Source: a virus (lineage: Duplodnaviria > Caudoviricetes). From it: a stretch of DNA of 45,367 nucleotides. The stretch is taken from the IMG/VR virus record IMGVR_UViG_3300042922_001044, positions 1 through 45,367 of that record. The stretch is one strand, 5' to 3'. The notes below the pieces were generated by a model. The model was not told where the DNA came from. It saw only the letters and a program-made list of their open reading frames with translations, and searched no databases. Both the position numbers and the translations under genes were made by a program. Below, piece after piece: positions 43,640 through 45,367 of this stretch (within the stretch, counting starts at the first letter, position 1; each line of letters opens with the position of its first letter).

Positions 43640-44060
43640 TTAGATTACCTCCCTCAATTTTCATCTCTAAATATTCCAGTATCACTTTTGTTGCCGCTTC
43701 CCAGCCTTTACAAACTGCTGTGCAATATCCTTGCTCTTTCAATGCCGCTATCCAAAAGTCTTGATTTTCTGTGGTGGTATTACCCTTTTGCTTTTTAAGC
43801 TCTATATATAACCCGTGATACTCTCCTCGTGGTACCGGTAAGTGAATATCTGGCACACCTGCTTTTACACCTTCAGCTTTTAACCTTTTTGCAGTTGTGA
43901 TATTCCGCTTCCCACCATTTGGAATGTGATACATCAATTTCAATTCAGGATGAGCTGCTTCGGAATATGCTGCCCATCTAAACAGACATATTTGTTCAAC
44001 ACTCTCACTTGGTATTTGCTGCTTTGGTTGTTTTGGATTAGTCTGTTTTTGTCCCATCAC
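43632..44060 (-). CDS. VRR-NUC domain nuclease
   Basis: ESVEQ...YHIPNGGKR...GVKAGVPD...LYIELK...Q..W. Confidence 0.92.
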   Translation of the reverse strand: MMGQKQTNPKQPKQQIPSESVEQICLFRWAAYSEAAHPELKLMYHIPNGGKRNITTAKRLKAEGVKAGVPDIHLPVPRGEYHGLYIELKKQKGNTTTENQDFWIAALKEQGYCTAVCKGWEAATKVILEYLEMKIEGGNLNA

Positions 44061-44370
44061 TCACCAAAACCCCTTCCTGCTTAATCTCTTTTTCATAAAA
44101 ATATATATCCATTAACTTTTTGCTGGCATATACCATTTCTAGCTTAGCGCCTTTACTATTTATCCAATCTGGAAGAAACACAATCGCTTCACAGGCATCT
44201 ATCATTGCATAGCATATTGGCATATATATCTCCCATGGAAATCCCTCAGGCAATATTGCTGGTGACATTACCAAGTGTCCTTCCTTTTCTAGCTCTTTCT
44301 GTGCTTCCTCAAATTTCTTCTTGTAATTTGGATCTCCGGTAATCTTACCCGCTATGTACGTCTTTTTCAT
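44038..44370 (-). CDS. DUF4406 (nucleoside deoxyribosyltransferase-like) protein
   Basis: YIAGKITG...SPA...MIDACEAIVFLPDWINSKGAKLE. Confidence 0.88.
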   Translation of the reverse strand: MKKTYIAGKITGDPNYKKKFEEAQKELEKEGHLVMSPAILPEGFPWEIYMPICYAMIDACEAIVFLPDWINSKGAKLEMVYASKKLMDIYFYEKEIKQEGVLVSDGTKTD

Positions 44371-45230
44371 TCCCGCTTCCTCCTCTTATTATTTTCATTA
44401 GCTTCATTTGCTCTCATCCTTGCATACAGATACGCACCAGAGACATAATCGCTATACTTCACATTTATGTCATTGAATTTATAGCCTTTATATATTTTTT
44501 CAAATATTGCTGCTGCATCATTTTCATTCTTTGCAATCTTTTCTGCCTGCCTCTTCGTTATCTTGTGATCTGCTATTGTTATTTTGGGTTCCTGTAAATT
44601 TCTACTAGCACACCATCGCTTTGTACCTTTTGGGTCCTTGGTTATGTACCTTGCAAGTCCCTCTAATCCGAATTCATTTGGTTGAAGGCGGCGAGCATTT
44701 GCGTACCCCTTCCCCCAAAGTTTTTCAGCTACATCCCTATCTATTGAATTCATCAACATATGATGGTGAACTCTCTTCTTCTTTCCATCTGTATCAAACT
44801 CAATGACATACATGTACTTCAGTTCAGGTAATCCATTTTTTCGACGATGCTCTCTAACTCTGCGTATATAATTTTGTATATCCTTTCTTGCTTGCTCCTC
44901 ATCCGGAGGAGATCCTTTATAGGTAAGGTCAATTGTTAAATCTTCATCTGTGAAATTAGTATTTATTTTTCTGATAATATTTTTCTTGGCATTTTTATCA
45001 TTAAGGTTCTTTTGTACCTTACGAGATTCTGTTTCTTTTTTTGCCCTGGATGCTTCACTTCTGTTTTTCCATAATGGATAAATTTCACTTTCAAGCATCT
45101 TTCCAGATTTAATTGTTTTGACTCTATATATAAAAACATCCTTACTTTTTAAACTCTCAAATTTTTCCTCTTCACTATCTTCAAACGATTTATCAAAAAT
45201 ATCTAAATATGATTCACTGCTAAACGGCAT
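44367..45230 (-). CDS. rep: HUH-family rolling-circle replication initiator
   Basis: Motif I LTIDLTY, motif II RVHHHMLM, motif III LARYITK. Confidence 0.8.
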   Translation of the reverse strand: MPFSSESYLDIFDKSFEDSEEEKFESLKSKDVFIYRVKTIKSGKMLESEIYPLWKNRSEASRAKKETESRKVQKNLNDKNAKKNIIRKINTNFTDEDLTIDLTYKGSPPDEEQARKDIQNYIRRVREHRRKNGLPELKYMYVIEFDTDGKKKRVHHHMLMNSIDRDVAEKLWGKGYANARRLQPNEFGLEGLARYITKDPKGTKRWCASRNLQEPKITIADHKITKRQAEKIAKNENDAAAIFEKIYKGYKFNDINVKYSDYVSGAYLYARMRANEANENNKRRKRE

Positions 45231-45240
45231 TCTATTTTTC

Positions 45241-45367
45241 TTCCCCCTTTCTTTTTTATAATTAAGGGTTGAGGGTATTGTTACGTTGATAAGTTAATAC
45301 CCATTACAAGCTCGCAATACGCCTGAATACAGCGCATTTTGATTGACTTTATGCCGTAAAACTGCTA
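45241..45367. repeat. Terminal direct repeat, right copy (circular assembly overlap)
   Basis: Identical to 1-127. Confidence 0.95.

Larger units (their letters stand above)
1..45240. mobile_element. Complete temperate myovirus-type phage (lambda-like head, P2-like contractile tail), circular/excised form
   Basis: Full set of head, tail, lysis, lysogeny and replication modules; circular overlap; attP intact in the middle of the contig; no host genes. Confidence 0.93.

Noticed and set aside
14975-44806. Numerous short + strand ORFs in the ORF track
   Set aside because: They are antisense shadows of well-supported minus-strand phage genes, with no RBS or recognisable motifs
45241-45367. 127-bp terminal repeat as a biological DTR
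   Set aside because: The length equals a common assembly k-mer, and the GpA terminase plus cos-like site at ~33.5 kb point to cohesive ends elsewhere

Overview
Apparently complete, circular temperate phage genome of about 45,240 bp. Bases 1-127 are repeated exactly at 45241-45367, which looks like an assembly overlap. The host is probably a spore-forming Clostridia (Bacillota), inferred from gene families and promoter types. Nearly all genes are on the minus strand: early/replication genes, a RinA/ArpU-like late activator, an accessory (moron) cluster, a lambda-like cos/terminase/portal/ClpP/capsid head module, a P2-like contractile tail, and a lysis module. A plus-strand lysogeny block holds cI, a secreted protein, a LexA-boxed small ORF and a tyrosine integrase, followed by an intact attP that matches the 3' half of tRNA-Pro(GGG). 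The most unusual part is the attP-proximal cassette at 6655-11198: HTH, ParM, ParR, a pilin-like protein, a small membrane protein and a 772-aa VirD4/HerA-type ATPase, with sporulation-sigma-like promoters pointing antisense into it. Other notable items are two apparent replicons (iteron/theta and HUH rolling-circle with a candidate countertranscript RNA), five sigma-H-like moron promoters, anti-SD hairpins over four moron promoters, and AbrB and Cse60-like genes. All family calls come from motif recognition by eye; no database searches were run.
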